From NCBI RefSeq assembly GCF_004010195.1, contig NW_025214729.1, positions 1-50,000 of the forward strand: a stretch of DNA of 50,000 nucleotides. The letters run 5' to 3'. A model generated the notes under the pieces. It worked only from the letters and a program-made list of their open reading frames with translations, was not told the DNA's origin and made no database searches. The stretch comes from Chiloscyllium plagiosum (Eukaryota). Position numbers and translations under genes: made by a program. Shown here one piece after another: positions 35,571-46,549 of this stretch; within the stretch, counting starts at the first letter, position 1; each line of letters opens with the position of its first letter.

Positions 35571-37182
35571 ATATACTCTCATCCTGTCCAGTTGGGCTAA
35601 ATTCAGATTCACTTGCTTGTTGGGCATTGCATTCAGAAGGCAGATACTCATTCCTTACGATGAATGAGTAAGTTACAGATGTGGAGGGGAGGCAACTGTG
35701 AGTAATTTGGGTGAATTGGTAAGCACTGTGAGGTGGAATACAATTAATGAAGCCCTGATTATACTGGCAGACAGATTCCTGCCCTCTAGAGTTGGAATGA
35801 AATAGGTCTGATTTGTCCAATTGAGGTTGTATCATGTAAATGTGTGAAACATATGCTTCAGCCAATTCCAGTTTTCCTAACGTAAGATGTTTTGAATGTG
35901 CACATGCATGCATTGTTCACAGCCCAGTAAATAAATGGACTGTGGTATGGCCATGTATTATAAAGGTCAGAGGAACGTCTTATGTAGCAAGTGCCTCATC
36001 AGCATTTGAGAGTGGGGGATGGGGTGGGGGAAGCTCGGATGAGGAAAGGTAGACCCTGAGCTAATTCCACCCTCCTAAGAATGGGTAGAAGGATGCAGTG
36101 ATGTGATCCAAGGTGGATATGAAAGGATAATTGTGGAAGAGGTCCAGTTGGAAGATGCAGGATAGGGTGCTCTTGTGAAAGAACCAGCTAAGTTTCTTCT
36201 TCCTGGTCTGGAGATCTGCTTTGGAAGAAGTCTGTTTCTGGATGTTGGTTTATGACTTGATACAACTTAGTTGTATTTGCCCTATGTTTTCACCTTGCTC
36301 AAATTGAATTGCTGTCTCTTTCCTGACTGCGATTTTACAAACTTTTGTTATGTTCTATATTACAGCTAAAATGCAATATAACATTAAAAGACAATTATAA
36401 TTGTCATTGTGGTGCAAAGGTCTCAGTTTCCATCTTAACTGGGGATAGTTGAAGCATCACATGTTGATCAAACATACTACATTCTACTGGTTAGATCAGT
36501 TTGTAATATTAGCCCAGAAAATTAAGTGCTTGTGATGGTAATACCTATGTATACTTGGATCTATAATGAATGTCTGTTAAATCTACTGTGTTGCTCATGT
36601 TTAGTTCTTGTGGGAATTGATTGAAGTTTTGTTTCATCAGGTACAAATAACCCTACAAAGGCAAAAGCTCACATGACAGATCACCTTTAGAATAAACCTA
36701 TAAGCAAACCTCTGCAGAATTAATTTGCTTACACGACTTTGATTTTGCATTTCTATCAAAGTACAAGTTTCTGTGAGCTTTGGTAATGTGCAGTCACTTC
36801 ATTATCAATATGGAAGGATGCATTATAAGTATAAGATTATATTACATGAGTTTGTGGCAGGTGACTAGAAGACTGGCAAAAAAATTATTTATTTCACCAT
36901 TTTCTTGTTTGGTCAGTCAATTTCAAAACTGAAGTTTCTGCTCAAAGGATTTTCTCTTGCTTGCTTTTGTCCTTGGTGTCTTTTCTTTTCATAATGAGCA
37001 CTGTTTCTCATCTGGTATCTAAAATTGATTTGAATAGATCTGCCATCCTGTTTTACATGAAAACCTACCAAAGTTATTTAAAAATCCCTCATTGAAATGT
37101 TGTGTGATCACAATGATAAGTGAGACACAGGGGACCTTAATACTGTGTATTGGCCTTTGTCTGACAGCCAGGTTTACTGCAA

Positions 37183-37272
37183 CAAAAAACAGAAGCTGCT
37201 GGAGAAACGCAACAGGTCTGGTGGTGCCTGTAGAGAGTTAATGTTTTGAGTTGGATGACCCTCTTTCAGAAT
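37183..37272 (-). mobile_element. Family A single arm, decayed
   Basis: GCTGGAGAAACGCAACAGGTCTGG...GAGAGTTAATGTTTTGAG...TTTCAGAA. Confidence 0.5.
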
Positions 37273-38094
37273 AAACTGCTTCCAGATGGTGTACTTCACA
37301 ATTGTCCTCAACTTATTAGGGAGCCAACTCCCTATTGGTATCGTTTTAATGTGAACTTAGAATATAGGATTTTGCTGTGTTCTTGAATCTGAAGTGCATC
37401 TAATTGCTGGTTGTTTTTCTTTACTTTGTTATATTCAGTTCTTTCCAAATTGAGTGTTTCTCATTTTAGAAATTCATCAATAGAATTGTCCTTATTGGCA
37501 ACTTGTCAGTAGGACCAAACCCATTTACTGGTAAGCTTGGTGCTGAAATAGGGCGCATCAAAGCTATCACAATCAGATTATTTCTTGCTGTATATCATAC
37601 AAGCTTGTGAATGGTCTAAGGCTGTCACTGTCGGTCCTGAACAGTGCCCAGTCTACCTCAAATTTCCTGAAACAGTAATGTGCCTCGAAGATTTGAGTAA
37701 AAGGTCAAGTCAGCAAACCAGTTGAGAATTTCTAGACCTCTGATTATTATCTGGCTTAAAGCAGTTTCCTTAATTTATCTTTTACGTTTTCCAATACCAC
37801 TCATTTTAAAAAGAAAACTTGTGTTACCCTGTTTAAAAAGGACCTGATTCCAAATCAGAAGGCATTTTTCTTTCCCTAAATTTTCGCAGATCATGAATTT
37901 ACGTAGACGGATACATATAAACTGTGATTATTAATGGAAGTCCTGACATTAGTTCATTGATTTGTATACAATAGGCTGCTTACAAAGTTGTAGAGTATGT
38001 TAAAGGGGTCCTTGGGTGATGAGATGTTTGGATTATACAACTTTTGTGTTAACATTCAATTTTGTTTTAGTTTTAAATTTTCTTCAATGCTACA

Positions 38095-38485
38095 AAAAAA
38101 TTGCATTTTCATTGTACCGTTTGTGACAATGGCATATCTGAGTGTTTTTCTGTTAATTAATTCACTGTTGCAATGCAAGAACTCTGGCAAGCAGATTGTT
38201 CAACAATTTGTGATAATGGCCAGATGTATTTTGTGATTTTTTTTGAGAAATAAATATTGACCAGAAAATAGCAGGGAGATTGTCATGCCCTTCAAAATGG
38301 AAACGCAAGATCCCTTACACCCATCTGAGAAGCAATTGGTTTCTCATCTGAAAGGTAACATTTTGATAGTGTAGCACTCCCTCATTATTATCCTGGAATG
38401 TCAGCCTAGATTGTGCTTCAGTTTCTGGAAAAGGATTTGAATGTCTTGTTTCAAAGAATGCTAGCATTGAACCAAAGCTGACAAA
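38095..38485 (-). mobile_element. DeuSINE (SacSINE1/AmnSINE1-like) relic
   Basis: TCTCATCTGAAAG...AGTGTAGCACTCCCTCA...GGAATGTCAGCCTAGATT matches the reverse complement of the Deu-domain SINE consensus as I recall it. Confidence 0.65.
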
Positions 38486-38619
38486 TGTTAGGTCCAAAAA
38501 TGTTTTCTTCAGATGATGCAGTAATGCAGAAGGTTTGTATATCTTGGAATGTGCAATGATTACCTATTTGGTTTAAATGTGCTGCAGTTAAATTATTTTC
38601 CATTGCTGTACTGTGTTGG

Positions 38620-38835
38620 GAGGGCAGTCAGCTAATTTGGCTGTACAGCTGGTTTGCAATGCGAAATGCTATCGATATGGGTTCAATTCCCACTCTGGTT
38701 GAGGTAACCATGAAGGAATCTCCTTTTTCACCTTTCCCTTTGCCTGATGTGTGGTGACTCTTGGGTTAAACCACCACTGGTGTTATGTCTCTTTGAGAGA
38801 GCACTCCTGTGATGGTAAGAGTATGGTGACTTTAC
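38620..38835 (+). mobile_element. Unclassified tRNA-derived SINE-like repeat
   Basis: B-box GGGTTCAATTCCC at ~38679 preceded by an A-box-like CAGCTAATTTGG. Confidence 0.5.
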
Positions 38836-40082
38836 TGTATTTAGCGTTGGTGTGAATTTTATTTGTTAATGCTATGCAGTATGGAGGAAGGTCCTATTGG
38901 TTAATTGAAACTGACAAGTGTTTAAATTGCTGTCAGCTTGCACGAAAGCAGTTCTGTTTGGGTTGGTTACTCAAGATCATGCAACAAATTATTGTACATC
39001 TGCATTTGTGGATTTTTTTTTTGCCCTTGTATAATCTTTCTCTTCTGTACTGAGGTGAATTTTGGTCCTTGAATACACCCGAATTTGCTTTGTAACTAAA
39101 ATAATTAGAACTGGTCAAGTGAGTATCTCTATTGATTTATGTGGGCTGCTGTTGGAAGTTGGCTAAGAGATGTTGGTGTTTTTATGGTTTTGGATGCAGG
39201 GTGTTTTGATGTATTATAACTTTCGACTGCAATTGATGCACATTTGGTTTATTGAAAGGTGAAAATGAATGGTTAAAAATTGAGTTTGTGTTAAATGGAG
39301 ACAAATTTAACAGGAAAGCCTTGCATTATCCCAGAACTCTGCTCTTTGCCATTTTGCAGTGTATTTAAATCTGGTTACAGTTTACATTGTGCTTTGCTGC
39401 TTGGTTGTATTGTTTTACACTGAGAAGCCTTGTGTGAGAGCTTACTCCATTTGAACTGTGAAATGATTACAGTGAATTGAATGGTGACTCATCTTAGAAG
39501 TTAATGTGTTCTGAGCAGTGAATATAATGAACGCAAGAACAGGCCGAGGCCAACTTAGCCCCTTGAGCCCATTCTGCCATGCAATGAGATCATGGTTGAT
39601 CTGCAACCTATATATATCCTTCTTTGCCCAGTATCTGTACAATTGCATATTATATATTAAACACAAATAAGAATGCATTTACTGCATATTCAAATCCAGT
39701 TTTTGTAAATGAGTCATTAGGTTTTGTTACCCAAAGATATTTTTTCTATAACGCTCTCATTTGTGATCTAATATCAGCTATTGACAGTTCAAACTTGCAT
39801 AGAACACCGATACAGGCACTTCGTGCCCTGTGCTTTTTTTTTAAGGTGGAGATATCTTTCCTAAATTCAATTCTGAAATGTCTGGTTCTGATTTTTAGAC
39901 TACTCCTGGAACTAAATGCTCTCCATCTACTCCATCAGTTCCCCTTAACATGTTGAGAACTTAGAGAAAGTTCTATATTTCAGGGTATGCAACTCTTCAT
40001 ATAATGTAATTTAACCCTTTTGAGCTAGATATGCAAGAAGATAACAAGTGATAGGAGTAAGAATAGTCACTGAATCCATTAT

Positions 40083-40339
40083 CAAAGTGTACTGCTGGAA
40101 AAGCACAACTGGTCAGGCAGCATCCGAGGAGCAGGAGAGTCGACATTTCGAGCGTAAGCTCTTGAGTAGGAACATGGGGGGAGGCCCATGGGCACTTAGG
40201 CCTCCCCCACACTCCTGATGAAGAACTTGTTCGAAACATTGATCGTCCTGCTCCTCGGGTGCTGCCTGACCAGCTGTGCTTTTCCAGCAGTACACTTTTT
40301 GACTCTGATCTCCAGCATCTACAGTCCTCGCTTTCTCCT
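40083..40339. mobile_element. Fold-back PLE family C element with an internal second hairpin
   Basis: Arms ~40085-40165 and ~40215-40297; CTGATGAAGAACTTGTTCGAAACATT at 40215; spacer GGGGGAGGCC...GGCCTCCCCC. Confidence 0.78.
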
Positions 40340-41689
40340 AGTGAAATCCATTGAGCCTACTCATCCATTTATTACAATTGTGGCTGATCTTGGACTTCAA
40401 GTCCATTTTCTTACTGCCTCCATATTCCTTGAAACACTAAACATTGGTCTACCTCAACCTAAATGCAGTCTGAGAAAACATGAAAATTCAATCTGAATGA
40501 ATGACACTCAGTGCACAAACCCTGGAGTGGTCCCATCTGAACTGCTCAGGCTTCTGATAAAGCTTTCCTCAAGGTCAGTATGTCCTTCCAGAACAGGTGT
40601 GGGCTATTTTCTAATCGAGCGTTATCTCAGTAGGACTCGAACCCAGGCCTCCTGGACCAAAGCTTGGGACACTAACATAGCATCATAAGAGACCTAAAAG
40701 TTTGTTTTAACCAGGGTTTATTATAGGTGAAACATGTCCTTTACCCTCTAGATGGCTAGGTGCTCTAGGTCCCCTGCATTATTAGGATTTTAGGATGAAG
40801 CCCATCAGGACCAAGCCGCCTGTCAGCATGCATTTCTAATAATATGTTCAATATCACTTCTCTGTGATTATAGTTTTCATGAATTCCTTCCTTCCTTTCC
40901 ATTTCCTGATTTACAGCTATCACTGAAATGCTACTAATCAGCCTGGTCAGATGTGTTATGACTCCTCTACCTGGTGGGATTGAACCTGGGCCTCCTGTCT
41001 CAGATATAGGGGCACTACCACTGCATCACATGAGCAACCACCCTGTATCTTTTCTAGTGATGGACAATACCTGTTCAATTATTTTCTGTTACCTTATTTT
41101 CTATTATTAATTCGTTAGACTCACCTACAGGACTAATGTTCACTTTGATGACTTTTAACCATCTGTAGAAACTCTGATTGCTTTTATATTTCGATCCAGC
41201 TTTCTCTTGTGCTCATTTTTCATTATTCAGATCAATTATCTGACTTGCCACTCACCTTTGGACAAAAGTATGTTTTTTTTTTCAAAGTTTGATGTTATCC
41301 TTTAACTATTTTTAATTAACCATCCATGTCTTGTGAAACGAACTCTGCATTGAACTGATCTGTGTTTAACTTCATCCACTTGCATTTAGCTCATTATCCA
41401 TTTCACATTGACAGATTTTGGCTACTTAATCTCTGGTTTAGCATCATTATTATTTGGCAAGCAATTACTGTTTTTTGTAGTAGGGTTTTCTGTATTTTCA
41501 CTCTTTGCATACAAAAGTATGCCTTGGCTTCTCTCGTGAATGGCTTTCCTTTAACCTTAAGGACATCCTCCGTCCTAGACCATGCACATTTTATTCCCCC
41601 CCTCTTTTCTCCATTCTCCAATAGAATGTGTTTCCCTACCAACCCTATTAGTTCTGTTTGAAAATTCTTAATCAAATTATCACTTTTCT

Positions 41690-41965
41690 AGGAAATGCAA
41701 AGCCAATTTGTTCAATCTTGCTCACTTGTGCGCGCACACGTGCAAACACATAATGTGGCTGTTGGAGCCCTGATAATATTCTGGTGAATCTGCACTACAC
41801 CCCTTTCAAGACCAACATATCCTTTTTAAGGTATGGTGGCCAGAGCTGTACACTGCTCCGGATGTGGTCTGTCTAAGGCTTTGTATAGTTGCAGCAAAAC
41901 TTCCTTCCTTTTATATTCCCATCTCTTCATAATGATTAAAAATTCCATTAGCCTTTTTGACTTCT
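41690..41965 (-). mobile_element. CR1 fragment
   Basis: CTGGTGAATCTGCACTACACC...CCAGAGCTGTACAC...TGTGGTCT is the antisense of the CR1 RPHLEYCVQFW region. Confidence 0.6.
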
Positions 41966-42619
41966 GTTTTGTACTTGAATACATGTTTGTGATCTGTGTT
42001 TGTAGAGCTTGAAGTCTGCTTGATTCCCCACTGATTCTATTTTATGCCATTTTAAATAAGGGCACCCTCGTGTTCTTGCATTCACATGCATCCACCACAA
42101 GTTTGCTCACTCAATTGATCAATCAGTGGTCCCTTATAATTTTATATTCTCCTCTACACTGTCTGGTTTGTCACCCCGAACATCCAGCTCTTACTTCAAT
42201 TTGGATAATTCTAGCATTTATTGCCTCAAAAAGTGGTGTTGAGCCACCTTTGTGAACTGCTGCATTTCTGTGTATCAGAGCTTGCAAGTCACTTTTAACT
42301 ATTCCAGGATTTTAAGCCACTGATCATGAAGGGGCAGCAATATATTTCCAAGTCAGAATAGGGTGTGACTTGCAAGTAGTGGTGTTCACATGCATCTGCA
42401 ACTGCTACTTTAGGTGTATAAAGTTCAGTTAGTAGTTGAGGCCCCAGCACAAATCCTGATAGGACACCACCAGTCACATTCTTACAATTTAGATACATAC
42501 TTTTTATCTTATCCCGTGTGTCCGGCAGCTCTCTAATCTCCTCACCATGTTGTCAGTTCCATGTTAATTGTTATGTCGCTTATGTGAAACCTAGGGTAGC
42601 CTTGTCTGAAGCTTAGAGT

Positions 42620-43140
42620 AAACAATGATCTGACTGAAGTTAATGAGACCCTAAATAAGCTTGGTCAAGTGGATGTGGAAAAGATGGTTCCTCTTCTGGG
42701 TGAGGTCAGAACTAGGGGAGTTGCATGGTTTTTGATCTCTATGCCTAATAAGGTGGAGGCAGGGTCAATGAATATTTTGAAATTTGGTAGTGTGAATCTA
42801 TGGACCAGGTTCCCAGATTGGTTCTAAACAAAATGCCATTTGAAAATCAAATCTTAAATCAAAGCGTGTGTGATCTTTTTTGTAAACACCTTGGCCTATC
42901 TGGGAATGGCTGAGTTCACCTCTCTGGTTACAGCCACAGAACATACTGAATAACTGAGCATCCACGTTCCTCTGGAGTAGAAAATTCCAAAGGTTTGCCA
43001 CCCTCAAAATGAAGAAGGTTTCCCTCATCTTAGTCTGAAATAGTAATTCCTTTACCCTGAAGCTGTGCTCCCTAGCTGTAGACTTGGTCAGGGAAGCAAC
43101 CTTCTGTGTATACCTGTTGAAACTCTTTTAGATCTTGTGC
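42620..43140. mobile_element. Two decayed CR1 3' fragments (+ at ~42620-42785, - at ~42930-43140)
   Basis: GTCAGAACTAGGGG on +; MRETFFILRVANLWN on -. Confidence 0.55.
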
Positions 43141-43163
43141 TTCAAATAATTTATTTCATGGTT

Positions 43164-43553
43164 TGGAGATGCTGGTGTAGGACTGGGGTGTACAAAATTA
43201 AAAATGACAGCATCAGGTTATAGTCCAACAGATTTAATTGGAAGCACTAGCTTTTGGAGCGCTGCTCCTTCAGGTGGTTGTGGAGTATAAGATTGTAAGA
43301 CACAGAATTTATTGCAAAAGTTTACAGTGTGATGTAACTGAAATTATATATTGAAAAATACCTTGATTGTTTGTTAAGTCTCTCACCTGTTAGAATTCTT
43401 TATAATTTCAGCTACATCACACTGTAAACTTTTGCTATAAATTGTGTCTTACAATCTTCTAGTCCACAACCACCTGATGAAGGAGCAGCGCTCCGAAAGC
43501 TAGTGCTTCCAATTAAATCTGTTGGACTAGAACCTGATGTTGTAATTTTTAAC
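43164..43553. mobile_element. Large fold-back PLE family B element with 14-bp TSD
   Basis: Arms ~43195-43348 and ~43401-43553 are reverse complements. TTTATTTCATGGTT at 43150-43163 and 43554-43567. Confidence 0.85.
43471..43505 (+). ncRNA. Minimal type I hammerhead ribozyme motif (PLE type)
   Basis: CAC-CTGATGA-A-GGAGC-agc-GCTCC-GAAAGCTA-GTG; predicted cut after 43502. Confidence 0.75.
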
Positions 43554-44019
43554 TTTATTTCATGGTTCAGGCTTGCTTTCAGCAGGTATGAGAACCATAT
43601 CTGATTTTTTTTCATTTTCTTTTTTTTTGGGGAATACTCTATAGTCCTTAATTATCAATGAAATTGACTTAGGTGTATTTCGCGAGATTGCGCATCTGGA
43701 AATTATCTTCAAAATAGAATATGCAAAGAAAGGAGCTACATATAGATATGGGCCAGTGGATCATAATCACTCAGATTTGTTAATCCCACATCATACTAGG
43801 TAGATTATGAGTACTTGAATAATAGAGCACAAAAATAAGCCATTTCACCCTTCTTTCCAATTGTATTGGTTTGTGATTGTTCTGATTTTTCACAAGCTTG
43901 ACATCTCTTGTTTGCTGGATTCATTTTTCTTTAAATGTACAATTTCAAAGCATGTTTTGTGAAAGTCAAGGAGAGTATGCCTTGAATACACCAGTAATAG
44001 AACTCTAGAAAATTGGAGC

Positions 44020-44175
44020 AGTGAATGGGGATAAAGGGTTCACTTCCAGGTTGGTGATCGTGATGAGTGGGACTTCACAGTGATCAGAGCTGGGACTGCA
44101 ACTTTTTGCAATATGTATTAATGACTTGGAAGAAGGAAGTTAATGTACTGTAGTCAGGTTGTAAAATGATTACAA
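44020..44175 (+). mobile_element. CR1 RT fragment, decayed
   Basis: Resembles the SGVPQGSVLG..F.IYINDLEEG region. Confidence 0.55.
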
Positions 44176-44177
44176 AC

Positions 44178-44801
44178 ACACAACCTGCACATCTTTAGAC
44201 TGTGGGAGGAAACCTGGGTGCTCACATTCTGTGTATGTTGAGGGGGTGGCTAGAGCTCGGTGTAGTCCAGAAACCTCTTGAGACTGAGCTCAACAGTAGT
44301 GTGCTGCATCACCTAGATAGTGGTTAGCATTGCTGCCTCACATGGCCAGATACCCGGGTTCAATTCCCGCCTCAGGCGACTGTGTGGAGTTTGCACATTC
44401 TCCCCGTGTCTGCGTGGGTTTCCTCCGGGTGCTCCGGTTTCCTCCCACAGTCCAAACATGTGCAGGTTAGGTGAATTGGCCATGCTAAATTGCCCGTGGC
44501 ATTAGGTGAATGGGTAAATAGAGGGGAATGGGTCTTGGTGGGTTGCGCTTTGGTGGGTCGGTGTGGACTTGTTGGGCCGAATGGCCTGTTTCCACACTAA
44601 GTAATCTAATCTAATAATGGAATTGTTTTTGCAGTACTTTTTAATTCTTACAAGACAAAAGAAGTGTAGGAAGCTAGAAACCAATGCAGACATGGGGAGA
44701 ATGTGCAAACTCCACAGAGACAGCCACCCAAGGGTGGAATCAAACCCAGGTTCCCGGTGCTGAAAGGCAGCAGAGCTAACTACTGAGCCACCGTGCTACC
44801 C
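44178..44801 (-). mobile_element. Antisense HE1 SINE split in two (44178-44215 and 44676-44801)
   Basis: CAACCTGCACATCTTTAGACTGTGGGAGGAAACC ... GCAGACATGGGGAGAATGTGCAAACTCCAC...CTGAGCCACCGTGCTACCC. Confidence 0.8.
44319..44613 (+). mobile_element. Young HE1 / V-SINE
   Basis: Close match to the 4791 copy; (AATCT)n tail. Confidence 0.92.
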
Positions 44802-44804
44802 ACT

Positions 44805-45570
44805 CTAATCCTCTTGCCATGAAAGCCAACATGTCATTGGCTGCCTTCACCACCTGCTGCGACTAGTGTGCAAAGACACCCAAGTTGCGTTGCACATGCA
44901 CGTTTTACTTCATCTGCCACATGTTTTCTTGCTCACTAAACATGTCCAAACCACACTGAAGCATTTCTACATCCTCCTCTCAATTCACCCTCCCACCCAG
45001 CTTTGAATCATTTGCAAACTTGGGGATGTTATATTTATCCTCTTATCTAAACTGTAAATATATATTGTGAATAGCTGGAGTCCAAACATTGATCCCTGTT
45101 GTACGCCACTAGTTATTGCCTCCACTCAGGAAGAGTCTCATTTATTCTTACTGTCTGCCAACCAGTTTGCTGTTCATGTCAGTGCACTACCCCCTCATAT
45201 CATGCATTTTCATTTTGCATGCTAATCTCCATGTGGGACCTTATCGAAAACTTTCTGATTATCCAAATACATTACATCCACTAGCTTCCCCCCCACCATC
45301 TTTACTAATTACATCCTGGAATGTCTAGGAGATTGTCAATCATGATTTCCATTTCTTAAATCCATGCTGATTCTGTCTGATCCTGCCACTGTTCAAGTGC
45401 TCTGCTATTGAATAATTTATAGTGTGCTCCAGCCTCTTTCCCCATGTCCGATGTCAGGATAGTCTGTATGTAATTCCCTGTTCTCACCCCTCCTTTTTTT
45501 AAAAAAAAAGCGATTACATCAAATACCCTCCAATCCTTAGGAGCTGTTCCAGACTCCACAGAACCTTGAA
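44805..45570 (-). mobile_element. CR1 RT fragment with internal deletions
   Basis: Minus-strand peptides PKDWR...GNY and DNQKVFDKVPH (DFQKAFDKVPH-like). Confidence 0.7.
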
Positions 45571-46549
45571 AAGAAACTGTACAGACTCTGGACCTGTTTA
45601 TTTGGAATTCATGGAATAAATTGGAAATTTAAGAAAATGCATTTCTCATATCTGACGAATATGCAGAATGATTGCAAACAAATACTTCAAATTAAAATAT
45701 ACTTTCATTAAAAACCGGAAGTAGTAGGGCCTTGTGTCAGCTGTGCTCTGTTATTGAGAATTTTGGTCTTTGTTTAGAATTGCATGATTTTTCACAAATG
45801 ACAGATGGAATTTGCTTGCTGCTTGGCTGATATGTAATCGCTAGACTGTTGAGCAATGCCAATGCTGAAAAGTTATTTTAAATTTCTGGTGGGGGCCGCG
45901 GATGAGCAGTCTGGGTAATCCGCACACGAGCGTGTAAGCTTTTTGTGTGGGTGTGCGACTCTGAGCTCAATTTGAAATTATGGTTATAATAATAGAACTG
46001 ATTATTAGCCAATGATCAATTTTTTGACAAAGTATACTTGTAGCAAGCTATTTTCTAATTCTGAATATGCTATTTAGGAGCCATATTTGACACTTGTATG
46101 TAGTTTTGTTTCTCTGTTTCAGCGAGTATATTGTTCTTCATTTTATAGTATGAAGCAGAGTTGTTTTCAATGTTGCACTTGTCCGGACAGCCCATTTCTA
46201 ATTTCAAAATTAGTATTTGAAATGGAGTGCTGTCCAGAGCTTTGCATGAGGGGTCAACCATTGTCATTACCTTTTCCATGGAGTACTGCCTCTGTTTGAA
46301 GATTGCAGCTGAGACCAGGATCCATTATTTAGAAAATTTGGAATTCAGGAGCAGGATAACATCCTACATATGTTGAGGGTGTGGCTAGAACAAAGTCATC
46401 CAGAAACCACCACCACCTGAGACCAAGCTCAACAGTAGTGTGCTGCATTATCTCGATAGTGGAATTGTATTCGCAGCACTAGTAATCTTTTTAATTGTTA
46501 CATGGCAAAAAAAGTGTAGGGGCTAGAAATCCCAGGTGGTTGTCTTCTG

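Noticed and set aside
6780..43350. Inverted repeat pairs across exon 4 as circRNA drivers
   Set aside because: The partners are tens of kb apart, diverged, or have closer competing arms, and a single 85-nt exon circle is unlikely.
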